DNA from: Chara braunii
Lineage: Eukaryota > Plantae > Charophyceae
DNA: 64,000 bases
NCBI GenBank assembly: GCA_003427395.1
Contig: BFEA01000014.1
Location: 671,877-735,876, forward strand
Direction of reading: 5' to 3'
Positions 1-11,497 of this stretch are shown one piece after another (position 1 is the first letter of the stretch; every line of letters starts with the position of its first letter). A model generated the notes under the pieces. The model did not search any database, was not told where the DNA came from, and saw nothing but the letters and a program-made list of their open reading frames with translations. A program made the translations under genes and the position numbers.

Positions 1-878
1 AGAGTACCAAGAATACTGGGAGGAAAAACAACTTAGGCTGATACCCGGAAATTCCCTTGTCAATCGAAGTACGATCCGATGCGTGCGGAGGGTTCTCTGT
101 ACGCTGCAGCTAGTGATCCGTTGGAATGACAAGATGTCGTATATCGCGGAAAGGGAAAGATTGCGGGACTTAGAGTACCAAGAGTACTGGGAGGAAGAAC
201 AACTTAGGCTGGGATATCCAGAATTCCCCTGACTAACCGAGAACGACCGACTGTGTCCCAAGGACTTTCGCCGCGCCATAACCAGTGACCCGAGGGGTCC
301 CGACTACCCAACTACTTATAACACGCAATACTTCATATCCCCCGGCTTCGTCGTTATCCCTACCAATTTCCCTCCCTTCCATCTCCTCCTCCCATACCAC
401 CAACTCACGGTGGTACCATGGAACTCCATAGCCCCGTATTGGCCCCACACGCTGTGCAGAAATTGCAGACGACCCGGCAACCACCGGGCCTATGGAATTA
501 CGGAGCCTAACCATAACGAGCGACGTCAATCACCACGTATTCACACCCGGAAGTCCGACCCATAGAAATCGAAACTCTCACAAGCGGACCTCTCCCGAAC
601 CGCCGTCACTAGAACAGGCGGATCGGACGGCCCAAGATGCACCGCGCATGCCATCTACCTTATGCTACACGACAACGACCGCCATCAGACCGAAAGTAAC
701 CCGTCCCTTAGCCCTTTTGCACCTATGCTCTTGAAACCTTGCCACATGAGATCTCAGTTCTGACCTGGGACTCCACCCCCAATTTCCCAAAAATCCTTGG
801 CACACCCATTCTTGCATTTCCAGGCCCGCATCCCACTCCGATCATGAAGTCGCGTCGGGCGTGAGGTTGGGCGTCACA
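1..878 (+). mobile_element. 3' part of an LTR of a Ty3/gypsy-like retrotransposon family, containing a 171-bp internal tandem unit
   Basis: Ends in GGGCGTCACA (869-878), typical of TG...CA LTR termini. 735-878 is homologous to about 13180-13325, which ends the same way. 1-95 is identical to 15405-15499. AGAGTACCA recurs at 1 and 172. Confidence 0.6.
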
Positions 879-914
879 GCTCAGTTGGTAACATAGACCC
901 AAGCTCAAATCCTG

Positions 915-1081
915 GGCTGTGGTCCCATTAGCAAATGGGGACAGGATAAAGCTCTTGAACCCGCCTGTGTTTTATGCAGAGATACAGAAAAGCTATTGGA
1001 TCTCGATTTCCTGCTCCTATTTACAAACATGTCTAGGTTCAGGTATTCAATCCGATGCTCTTTGTTAGTGGGACCACGGCC
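915..1081. mobile_element. 167-bp PIF/Harbinger-like MITE, copy 1
   Basis: TIRs GGCTGTGGTCCCAT...GTGGGACCACGGCC with a 3-bp TSD CTG (912-914, 1082-1084). Homologous and equal in length to 10788-10954. Confidence 0.8.
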
Positions 1082-1201
1082 CTGGTGCAATCAGATGGAC
1101 AAAATATAATAATCCCGAATTATCTGGGCCGGTCAGTTCAATGATGCTATTGGAGCTGGGATGACGGGAAGGGGTAAACCAAAAGAAGATCTTTCAGTCT
1201 A

Positions 1202-1576
1202 GGGATAATTTGCAAAACACCCCCATAAGTTGAGATCTATGCCAAAATGCCCCTGAAAGATGTAGGTAGAACGGAATGCCCTTTTGGGCCGAAATCTTTG
1301 CATTGTGCCCCTTTCAGGCGGGTGTGCAACTCTGGACCTTCGCCGTTTGGGCCTTGGCCTTGTGAAATAGCGCCTAGAAAAAGTTGGCAAGTACCGGGGC
1401 GTTCTGCAAAGTTGGACGGTACAAGGTAGGGGTATATTGCAAAGATAGGGTTCCAACCGACGCCAGCGGTATTTCACAAAATATTAATTTTGTCAGAGGG
1501 GCATTCCGCTCTACCCACATCTTTTTGGGGCATTTTGGCATATATCAACTTATGGGGGTAGGTTGGAAATTATCCT
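1202..1576. mobile_element. 375-bp Mutator-like MITE
   Basis: About 85-bp imperfect TIRs (GGGATAATTTGCAA...TTGGAAATTATCCT) and a perfect 9-bp TSD TTCAGTCTA at 1193-1201 and 1577-1585. Confidence 0.88.
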
Positions 1577-1626
1577 TTCAGTCTAAGATTTTTCAAAAGA
1601 AAAAACAAAAAAAAAGAGGTACGAAA

Positions 1627-1817
1627 GGGGGAGGGGTAATCAGGGAAGCACAGCGACTGGCCACTCAGATGATGCTCGGTCCCTCTGCCACCGGCTGTCC
1701 CCTGGCCGGTGTCCCCCCCCCCATTGGGGGTTCCTTGAAGGCAATCAAGGCCACTCTGGGCCGAAAAGGTCACCCCGTGTCAGATTAGACACAAGATTAT
1801 TATTATTATTATTATTT
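1627..1817 (+). mobile_element. Short non-autonomous (SINE-like) element with (TTA)n tail, copy 1
   Basis: About 165 bp closely similar to the reverse complement of 2960-3116, followed by (TTA)n at about 1797-1817. The 5' part resembles the 5' end of the LINE at 3401. Confidence 0.55.
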
Positions 1818-2085
1818 AAACCACCAGTACTTGGCCCAGCTATTGAAGCCGAGCCTGAATATGCCCTGCACGCCGATTTTTGCCGAGCCTGTAGTGAATG
1901 GGAAAAAATACGGGACATTTGTTGCTTCAAGCAGGTGCCGCCCGTTATGCTGGACCTGCTGCCAGCAGATGGAACGTAAATAGGCCGTCGTTTTCTTGTT
2001 TCCACTCAGGTGGCACCCGAAGCCTCGCTAGGAGTGCAACTAGTGCGAAAGATCTTCTTCTTCTTCTTCTTCAAAAAAAAAAACG

Positions 2086-2396
2086 GGTGAAAAGGGAAAC
2101 CAAACTATGCACTCACATGACGCGTTTTACATCTAGATACATTTGGGAGAGTGTGAACGTTACACTGCCAGGCACTCAATGCTCCTCGTGTCCAACGGGG
2201 AGTCAGATCACGAAGTGCCAATGATCTTCTTGAGAAAAAGCAAAAAAAAAAAGAAAGGTGAAAAGGGAAACCAAGCTATGCACTGACATGTCGCGTTTTA
2301 CATCCAGATACATTTGGGAGAGTGAACGTTACACTGCCAGACATTTAATGCTCCCCGTGTCCAACGGGGAGTGTGACCACGAGATGCCAACGATCT
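2086..2396 (+). repeat. Two-copy tandem duplication, period 171 bp
   Basis: GGTGAAAAGGGAAACCAA(A/G)CTATGCACT at 2086 and 2257, colinear downstream. Confidence 0.8.
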
Positions 2397-2959
2397 GTTT
2401 CGTATTTTTTTTTTCTCCTTTTCGTTTCTGTTTTTCCCCTCGTTGATTTCAGTGTCCGTGCGTTTCCATATACCACACCACCATATAGCACACCACCAGG
2501 ACATCGTGCAGTCCTTTTGCCCCGTTTCCATGGGGCCACCAGCTCCCTCCACCATTGTCATCCCAAGCCTTTGCCGAAGTGCGGGAAATGCGTAGCGTTA
2601 ACGCTAAGGGCCCGTGGCCGATGTATGGATCAAGTACTGGTGGTTTAAGCCCAACCAATGCAATTACCTGTCAAATCTGGACAGGACGGCCTTTCAGGCC
2701 TTTTTTATTGTCATTATAGTATTACGGGGAACCCCGTAGCAGCCACATTCGTGCTCAAGCCTCCGATGAGAGAACATGAGGGAGCTGCACCCACCAGCAG
2801 GTGGGCGATACCGGCCAGGGGTCAGCCGGTAGCATCAGGACCGAGCTTCTTCGATGGGCCAGTCACTGTGCCTCCCCTTTTTTTTTTTTTTTTTTAAAGG
2901 GCGATGGCCTTGATGTATTATCATTGGACTAACCGGCCCAGGTAAATTCAATATGGTGC

Positions 2960-3116
2960 CTAATCTGACATTGGGTGGCCTTTTCAGCCCAGGGTGGCCT
3001 TGATTGCCTTCAGGGAACACCCAACGGGGGACACCGGCCAGAGGACAGCCGGTGGCAGAGGGACCAAGCATCATCTGAGTGGCCAGTCGCTGTGCCTCCC
3101 CGATTACCCCTTCCCC
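2960..3116 (-). mobile_element. Short non-autonomous (SINE-like) element, copy 2, inverted relative to copy 1
   Basis: Reverse complement reads GGGGAAGGGGTAATCGGGGAGGCACAGCGACTGGCCACTCAGATGATGC...TGTCAGATTAG, matching 1627-1788. A more diverged 5' part lies at about 2810-2878 (minus). Confidence 0.55.
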
Positions 3117-3195
3117 TATGAACATCAACAGAGACTGCTTTTTAATGCCAATTGGGGGGACCAACGTGCTATCTCTAGGTGGTGGGCGCCAAGCA

Positions 3196-3282
3196 TGCCT
3201 AGGAAGGTACATGAGGCCAATGGGGTTTGAACCCAAGACCCCTGAATGCCACTTGCGTGCCTTACTCTGTGAAATGACTTGA
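3196..3282 (-). mobile_element. Degenerate tRNA-derived SINE head
   Basis: Minus-strand B-box-like GGTTCAAACCC (GGTCTTGGGTTCAAACCCC). A-box is eroded and no cloverleaf is recoverable. Confidence 0.35.
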
Positions 3283-3751
3283 GAGGCGTAAAATAAGTTG
3301 GAGCCTTACGGCGCAAATGAAATACCATTACTTTTAACGTTATTTAGGCACACTTGCAGCAAACTCTTATAAAGGTCTCAACTGATGTTATACTTGTATT
3401 GGGGGGGCCACAGGGGGCGCCGGTTCACGACGCAAACAGCGCTCGGTTCCGCCGCTACCGGTCGAGTTGACCGGTCTAGTCACCTACCACCCGCAGACTC
3501 GTGGCTCNGTAGGNTGCGCGGTGCACGAAGAGTAGCCATGTCTCTCCTCGATGCCCACGTGGACTAGCCCATCACATATGCAACATAGCAACAAAGCACC
3601 GTTCTCATACAGTCGCATGGACTAATTAGGCTAAGCGGTTGGCTGGGCGATACTCAAACGTAAGCTCAATCATTCACTAGTCTTGCCTCCGGGGTAAGCT
3701 AAGTAACTCGTCACTAGATAATTGTAGGGTTCTCCAACTATCCAGCAGTCA

Positions 3752-6153
3752 TTGACGCAATCGAACGACATGGACGTCGAGGAAGATCTCGCTGGACATG
3801 ATGGAGGATCAGCAGCACAACCACATAGAGGCGATGTAGGTATGATAGGAGCAGATGGAGACGATGCCAATCAACCAGATCAACGTCGGGAAGAAGACGA
3901 TGAGGAAGCACGGGTGGGAAACCGTTCCCCCCCACCAACGTTTACTAACTACTGGGCGAAAGAAGAGAGAGTCCGAGAGATGTTGGCCCAGTGTTTTGAC
4001 GCCGGAATTATGCCGGTGGGGTGGGATATCGGGGAGATGAGGGAAGAAGGCAACAAAGCCCACTTCACCTTGAACCCATCTCTCGATGAGATCAAGGTCA
4101 ACTGGTTAAAGGAGAGGACAGTTACCGTAATTTTCTAGGAAGGATCTAAGAACCTTCCCAAGAAGATGAAGGAAGAGGTGGTAAGGGCTCACGAGGATAT
4201 CTGGATGGGTGAATCCAGGTTCGATCCCTCCATAACACGAGGGAGAGTGTGCATTGAATCCAGTAACGTACGGTCCTACATCGCCAAAGACAAAAAGGTG
4301 TCCGAATGGATGATCGGGGAAGAGTCAGCTCGAGTGGCGTTGAGGGGAAGATGGCATTCAATCCTCTTTAAACCTTGGATGACCAAAGTGGAAATCCAGG
4401 AAGCGAAGAAAGAGGACAACATGAATTACTTCTGGGTGCGGTGCATCGATGTGCCAATCGATGCATACTGCTACTTAGAAGATGCAGCAGAGAAGGCCAT
4501 CGGTCCGGTGCGGAAGGTCTACCTATCGGAAACAATGCAAGGAAGCCTCAGCTTATAAACGTGCGCCTTGATATTGCCGTTGAAGCCCTACCAAGACTGA
4601 AAGAGTCACTATGCTTTACTACATTCCAGGGTCAAGTCATCGAAGTCCAACTGGCTAATGCTCTAACGCCATGGTGTAGCAAATGCAGGAAGTTCTTTCA
4701 CTCATAAGACCAATGCACAAGAGGCCAACGACGCCAACCTACTCCATCCGGGTCAGCATCTTCCTCAAGTAGGTCATCGCACGGTGGACAAGGCAGTGGG
4801 GGAGGAGATGGTCGAGTGAATAACGGAAGGGACCACGGAAGAAGATTTGGTCCAGAGGGTGGCCGAGGACCAGCTGGTAACCGAGGTGGAGGCCGGGGGA
4901 GCGGCCGAGGAAGAGGCCGACAAAGAAGCCCAAACGGCAGCCGGGAGGGGAGCCCCTCGGGGAGTCGAAACCAAAGATGAAGCGAAGACCCAAGAGCAAA
5001 ACGCTTGTATTGCTCAAGTACATCATCGACAAAATCTACCCAGGGTAGAGCTAAATCACCTGGGTACAAGGGAAAACTACGGGCGAAGGAGCAAGTAGAC
5101 ACGGAAACTCAAGGAGGAGACCCGGACTTATCGACCTTCCATAATCCTATCTTCTCCCCAACGGAAGGGAGATGGCCTCTCCCCCGGGGGGTAGGAACTC
5201 ACCGAGGCGTCCGTGGAGGAGTAATGGGTCAGGAAGATCATAGGAATAGAGGTTTCGACCGATCACCCAGCCCCAGGAGAGGGCCGCAAGATCTACTGGT
5301 GGGAGGACAAAATGTGAGAGGCAAAGAGGGGCCAGACCCCTCTCGCCCAACAAGGAATGTGGGGACGACGCCAACCAAGCTGAGGAGAAGCTTGAGTGAA
5401 GACATGCAAGAGTTGTGGATCCAAGAGGGAGCAGATGGTTACAATACGGAAGTCTCGGAAGCAGCCTCGCAGCAAGGAGGAACAAAAGTTGGGAGGAAAC
5501 AACATTCGGAGATCAGGAAGTCGTCCATGAAAAGGGATCAAAGACAGCTGACCAAAAGTCAGGATCAATCTTGGTCAAAACATCTGCTCCCAATCCTATG
5601 CATGGCGACGCAGGAGGGCACGCTCGTTTTGGCCTGGACTACGTCCCCGACAATAAGAATCTTACCTTCCTTGGCGATTCCAGGACCTCCAATGCCTCAG
5701 GAGATGGTCAATCTTACCCGTCGCATCTTCAGGCAGGACATAGCGGTCAGATGTATACCGGACATACCCACCCCTAAATTTTTCATCGACAAGGTGGGGG
5801 TGAGGGCGAAGCTCTACGCACCGCTTATGGATGCCCGAATCTCTCAAGACGCCTTAATCAGCTTGGTAAGACAAGGCTTAACCCTCATCCCTCTGGAGTG
5901 GTTCTCTCACGAAGATAACCCGAATCTAGAGAAAATAACGGTATTTGAAGGTATTGATGCATCGGTCCTGGGCAAGCTCCCTTCTAAAATCCCAAGGATC
6001 AGGTCACTAACATCTGATGCCTTTCGTGCCTTTCTCATGCAAAAGTGGGACATGGGAGTAGGTGGTTCAGGCAACAACCCCTTACTGACTCTCTCTTCTG
6101 CTCCATCAATCCGAATCCAGTCACGATCGACAGTCAACAACGGTAATGCTTAG
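3752..6153 (+). pseudogene. LINE ORF1 (gag-like, CCHC zinc knuckle), disrupted
   Basis: Pieces 3752-4138, 4166-4558, 4375-4707 and 5005-6153. The L1-type FWVRCIDVP segment and Cx2Cx4Hx4C knuckle (CSKCRKFFHS*DQC) are broken by stops and one frameshift near 4545. Confidence 0.8.
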
Positions 6154-9100
6154 TGTGAAGGTTGCCTCCTGGAATGTAAGGGGATTGGGGGATGCGGGAG
6201 GTAGGAGGAAGCGCAGTCGGATTAAATCGTGGTTACATGAGAAGCAAGTTAAATTCCTATGCTTACAAGAAACTAAACCAAACGAAGAAAAAATTATGGA
6301 CCTCGGCGCCTAGTGGGATGAACCCCAAGTGTGGGCGCAAGCGGTAGACACCAGGGGAGGGGTAGCCATTCTTAAACATAGAAATTTCGATGGAATTATT
6401 ATTGACCACGATTTCAACAGCTGGAGAAAATGGGCATGGATTAAACTACAATCAGGAGGGACGGAATGGGCAATAGCCACTATTTACGCACCAGCAAAAA
6501 AGAGGGAAAGACAAGTCTTTTTCGAAATGTTGATGGATGTGTTGCCGGATGTGGAGCATGTAGTTCTAGTAGGAGACTGGAACGTCGCGCTCGACGATCT
6601 GAATCCGTTGTTTGCCACAGGACATGTGGGTAATGATTTGGAACTATTGATGGATCTGGTGTTAGAACTGGAGCTGGTAGACTCCTTTCGTCAGATGGCC
6701 CCGTTTAACCCAGGTTATACGTGGTATTCCTCTCAATTGATATTGGGTCGCAGTGTTGAAGCCAGACGTCTTGATTATTTTTTAACTGGTAAGGAAATCT
6801 GTGACAACACTGTCTCGGTCACCACCACCCCTCACCCAATTTCGGACCACAACCCCATCACCATTCAATTTTTGTGGGGGGAAAGACCGGAAAGGGGCAA
6901 GGGATTATTTCGCCTGAACGAAGATACCATCAGGGACCCTGGGGTTTTTGAGTGGATCTCAAAACTCATCCTTACTTGGAAGAAGCACAGACACCTCTTC
7001 CATACAGAGGCTGAGTGGTGGGACGCAGGCACATACTTTATGTCAGACATGTTGAGTTTATTTTCAAAGATCTTGGCCCTGGAAACAAACAAATAGGAAT
7101 CTGCAGCCATGAAAGCAGTAAATGAAGCGGAAGATAGGATGGCAGTCCTCCCGGCTCGAGCAACAAAAACACGCTGGTGGGGTATCGAAAGGGCGAAGCG
7201 TATACAGAAGTGGGACAAGATTCAGGAGGCCAAAGAGGATAGATGGAAAGAAATTCTTTCGGTTAAAGGGATTGTGGTAGGCGACAGGTTGACGAAGGCT
7301 ACTTTCAAGTGCCTTCTTCCCAGCTCTTGACAACAGAAAATGAAAATGTTGTCACACCCATTCGATGTGAACGCGCCCCCCACAAGGTCGTCCTCAGAAA
7401 TGTGTTAGTATGCCGAAGCCTATTTTCATGACATTCTCACCTCTCGCCGTAGTTCAAATGAACTGGTAACAGGTCAGGAGCAACTGACGGATCTATGGGA
7501 CCTAGTCGATGCGAAGCTGTCCCAGGCAGGCTGGCTGGACTTAGACCGTCCGCTTACCGTCTCTGAACTTCACTGCGCGCTTAAGGTCATGGCCAGAGGC
7601 AAAGCGCCAGGCTCAAATAGGCTGACAACCGAGTTTTACATAAAGTTCTGGGACGAGCTAAGCGGAATATTGGAATCCATATTCAACGATACGCAGATCG
7701 GTGATGACCTGACTACGAGCATAAAGCATGAGATGATTACGCTCCTGTATAAGAAAGGGCAGAAAGATGAGATCCGAAACTGGAGGCCAATCTCCAGGCT
7801 TAACGTTTCATATAAAATTTTAGCGAAAGCGTTGGCCAGGAGGTTGGGGAGGTACCTCCCTCAGTTGGTAGGACGGGACCAGGCTGCGTTCGTCCAAGGA
7901 CGATCTGTATTCGACAACATTCCAACAGCCATCGAATCACTTGAGATCATTGAGAAGGAGGACATACCACTAGCAGTTTTCTTGTTAGACCTGGAGAAGG
8001 CCTATGACAGGGTGAACTGGGCGTTTACTCTTACAACGTTGCGCAAAATGGGATTTGGGGAGATTTTCCGCAGATGGGTCATAACACTGTACACTCACTC
8101 TACAACTGCTGTAATGGTCAATGACTTCTTCTCGGAGCCATTCCACCTGACCAGGTCCTTGCGGCAGGGCTGTCCCCTAGCCCCACTGATCTTTGTTCTG
8201 CAGCTGGAGGTTATCTTAAGCAACATCAGACAGAGACCCGAGATTGAAGGCTTAGCTCTTGGTAACTCAGATTGCAAGGTCAAGGCTTTAGCCGATGACC
8301 TGTTTGCGATTTGTGGGAACTTTGTAGGATCTCTGAATGCACTTAAGGTTCTACTAGACGAGTATGCGCTGTTTTCATAGACCGCTGTTAACTGGAAGAA
8401 ATCAGTGTATTTCCTGCCACAATCCAGATCACTAGAAGCAGACTGGGGGATGAAACAAATAGCACAGGGGGAAGCAGAAAGGTTTTTAGGGGTTGTGATT
8501 GCAATGCAGGACTGTCAGAACACCTTGGAGGAAATTATGCAGAACAAAGTCGTATCTAGGATTAACTCTTGGGGCAAAGCGCAACACCTTGGCCTTTTTG
8601 GAAGAGCATAGGTCGTTAACGTCTCCCTGTTTTCTCTACTGTGGTTCGTAGGTAATGTAAGACTACTAAGCAGGTCTTTTATGAAAGTCACATGTACTAG
8701 ATTAGCTGCTAAGTTCATCTGGAAGCCGCACGGTGAACAGGAGGAAGGGTTCTTAACCAAGGTCGCCTGGGATTTGATCACCTTTCCCAAGGAAGAAGGG
8801 GGTTTGGGAATCTGTGATCCGATCAGACAGAACTCGATGCTGCTAGCCAAATGGATCGTACGAGTAGCTAACAGCAATGGGGAAGACCACTGGGTATTAA
8901 TGGCGGAGCACATTCTGGCCCAAGAATGAAACCTTCAACGCCCTGAGGATGTATGGCTCTGCTTGCAACTGGACTCCTACTTAAACAGGAAAATTACCTC
9001 GAAATTCTGGTCAGATGTGGTTAAAGCTTGGAAGAGAATCAAGCCTAACACCTGGGTCGAACCGTCTACAAAAGCTGAGGTGAAGGAACAGCCGATCTTC

Positions 9101-10411
9101 GACAATCCGAAAGTCAAGAATGCACAGGGAGAGTTGTTCAAAGCTAACTGATCCCCTGATGCTTTCGGAGATAGCTGGATTCAGCGGAAGGTCCTTCGGA
9201 TCGGGGACCTATGGAATGAGAACCTAGGTCAGTGACAGTCACCTTCAGAACTGCGCAGAGTGCTCGACAATCCACACAAGGTAGAGGATAAGTACGCAGA
9301 AGTTCTAGCCGAAATCCCAGACAGCTGGAAACAACTCCTGAGTCCGGCAGGTATTGACCCACCAGGCACATGGTATGTCCCAGGCCATCCACGAGAGTAC
9401 CCTATCTACTGGAAACTGACAGGCTACGACCAAGAGCGTAACAGAACCTGGGAATCATGGACTAACGTGGCGCAAGGCCCAATGCTGGCTAGAACAGAGG
9501 AACCTTCCGCCCCAGAGATAGGAGACGCTCTCCTCCAAGTCAGGGTGGAAGAACGCTGGGAAGTGGAGAACAGACATAAAGTCCAGTATAGCGGAACAGA
9601 CAAGCCGATTGCAACCCGCAAACTGGACCCAGGAATCTGGGGATGGGTGGGACAAGGATCGAGAGGTACAACTCTGACTTTGGGAAACCTGAACTCAACA
9701 CTCCAGATCAATCAGACTAGCAGACTTCCAATTGCTGTCACAGTTGATAGATGGGAACACCTCCTACCCTCTTCAGGCGAGATGGTGGCACAACGGATGA
9801 AAAGACTCTGGCAACAACTCCCAAATCTCCCCTCTTAGAGATACGCAGCAATACTCTGGCTGCTTTCCTGGGTGGTTTCACCCTCTTCAGTATGGTTGGT
9901 AGGCAAAGGCGTGCAGGTTCAACTGGCATGCAAGAGATGCACTTGGCCGTATGAATCCACCACACATTTGTGGTGGGACTGTCCAGCGTCCAACCGTATA
10001 TGGAAGTGGTGGTCTGAACACTGGCAGTCATTCTCAGAGTATGGCTGGGAATGGGATAGGGAATGGATCCTTCTAGGTTTAACGCCGGAGGACATTCCCA
10101 CAACAAGGGGAGTGGGCTATGTGGCACAGGTTTGCAGAATGGTTATCATGTCTGTCATATGGGAGCACCGCAACCGCACAATCTTTGACAATAGGGGGAT
10201 GGCAGACCCAGAGACAAAAAGGTTAATTTGCTATCGGTTGAGACTCCAGATTCAGGCGGACTGGAATCGTCGTATCAGTGATACTGGAACCTCAGGGAAG
10301 AACCTGAGATGGTTTATAGACACATGGTGTGAGGGTAAGAACTGGTTGGCTAATGTAGAATCGCAGAACAAGTTGACATTGTGTTCATGGCTGAATGTAG
10401 GCTATAGTTAG
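6146..10411 (+). pseudogene. LINE ORF2 (APE endonuclease, reverse transcriptase, zf-RVT) with about 10 in-frame stops
   Basis: Starts MLSVKVASWNVRGL. EN motifs LQETK, GDWN, RLDYF, SDH. RT motifs NWRPIS, DLEKAYDRV, SLRQGCPLAP, LADD. KEEGGLG and C-terminal CKRC...HLWWDC. All ORF fragments share one frame. Overlaps the ORF1 stop by 8 nt. Confidence 0.92.
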
Positions 10412-10787
10412 GAACCTGGACACTCGGTTCCAGTTGTCGCAGGCGACAGGCAGATTTTTGGGTGGTGTTGGGCGAAGAGGGCGGAGTGGTCAGGACGGTG
10501 CTGCCTTAAGGCTTCAATGGGTCGTTATAGACCCCCTTTGGTAGATTAGTGGTTTTCAGAGAAGAGCAGAGAGCTCGACTTAAGATTTTTAGTTTGGCAG
10601 GTAGCCAGGCTTACAGATTGGTCAAACCAAAGCTGGGCAGGTTTTCCCCAGTGCTTTGTTACTTCCGGGTTGTTTGTGAGGATTCCTGGCCTCTTTTTGC
10701 CAAGTTTATAATGGAATTCTCTATCTTTTCCCGAAAAAAAAAAGAAAAAAAAAAATGTATAGGGACGCTGGACCCGTTTTCCAGCAG

Positions 10788-10954
10788 GGCCGAGGTCCCA
10801 CTTAGCAAAAAGGATAGGATCGAGCTCCTGAATCTGGATGTGTTTTAGGCAGAGATGCAGAAAAGAAGTTCAATCTCGATTTCCTGCACTTCTCCATAAA
10901 CTCATCCAGATTCAGGCATTCGATCCGATCCTGTTTGCTAGTGGGACCACGCCC
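10788..10954. mobile_element. 167-bp PIF/Harbinger-like MITE, copy 2, inserted in the conserved LINE 3' motif
   Basis: TIRs GGCCGAGGTCCCAC...GTGGGACCACGCCC with a 3-bp TSD CAG (10785-10787, 10955-10957). The whole element is a long imperfect palindrome. Confidence 0.82.
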
Positions 10955-11497
10955 CAGATGACGCCCCCCACCAATAGATGGGGCCTCCTGACGCGTTTCT
11001 TTTTTTTTTTTTAAAGACCAACTTTGACGCCGAGAATCCTCACAAACAACCCTCCTGACGCGTTTTTCAGCAATCTAGTGGCGGGACTTTTGATAGCGTG
11101 GAGTTCTCTACTGCGCCGAGACGCGGTCGCAGTTGCTGCATCCCCCTCTGCACGTGCAATACGGGCGACAGGAAAGGCGGCTGCCGATTGGATGGCAGCC
11201 TGAGCGAGCATGTGTGATTGGTGCAGCTACGCCAATCACTGGTCCCTCGTGGAGGCGTGAGGGACGGGAAATCTAAGGTTGGCGGCGTGTGCGACAAGCA
11301 ACTCGACCGTAGGTGACGTCAATGCTAAGAACAGCAGAAGGCTACGTTTTGTCATTGCGAATGCTTTGCTATATGTGGCGTGTGCCACGACGGTTGGCTA
11401 TGTGTAGCGTGTGCAACGGAGGGAGATTCGAAGGGCAGAGTCTTGATCAGGTCACATCACGTACTCGGGGCATATACCCACACAAAGACTTTTCCAA

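Larger units (their letters stand above)
3400..10755 (+). mobile_element. Full-length L1/Tx1-like non-LTR retrotransposon (LINE), inactivated
   Basis: G-rich 5' end, ORF1, ORF2 (APE endonuclease-RT-zinc finger), 3'UTR, poly(A) at about 10734-10755. Candidate TSD TGTAT at 3395-3399 and 10756-10760. Confidence 0.92.

Noticed and set aside
879-900. TGGTAACATAG as a tRNA-iMet primer binding site
   Set aside because: Poor match to TGGTATCAGAGC, wrong spacing from the LTR end, and no internal domain follows.
3401-3480. Resemblance of the LINE 5' end (GGGGGCCACAG...TTCACG.CGCA) to CPEB3/HDV-like ribozymes
   Set aside because: No P1 3' strand complementary to GGGGGCC at the required place, and no P2 pairing.
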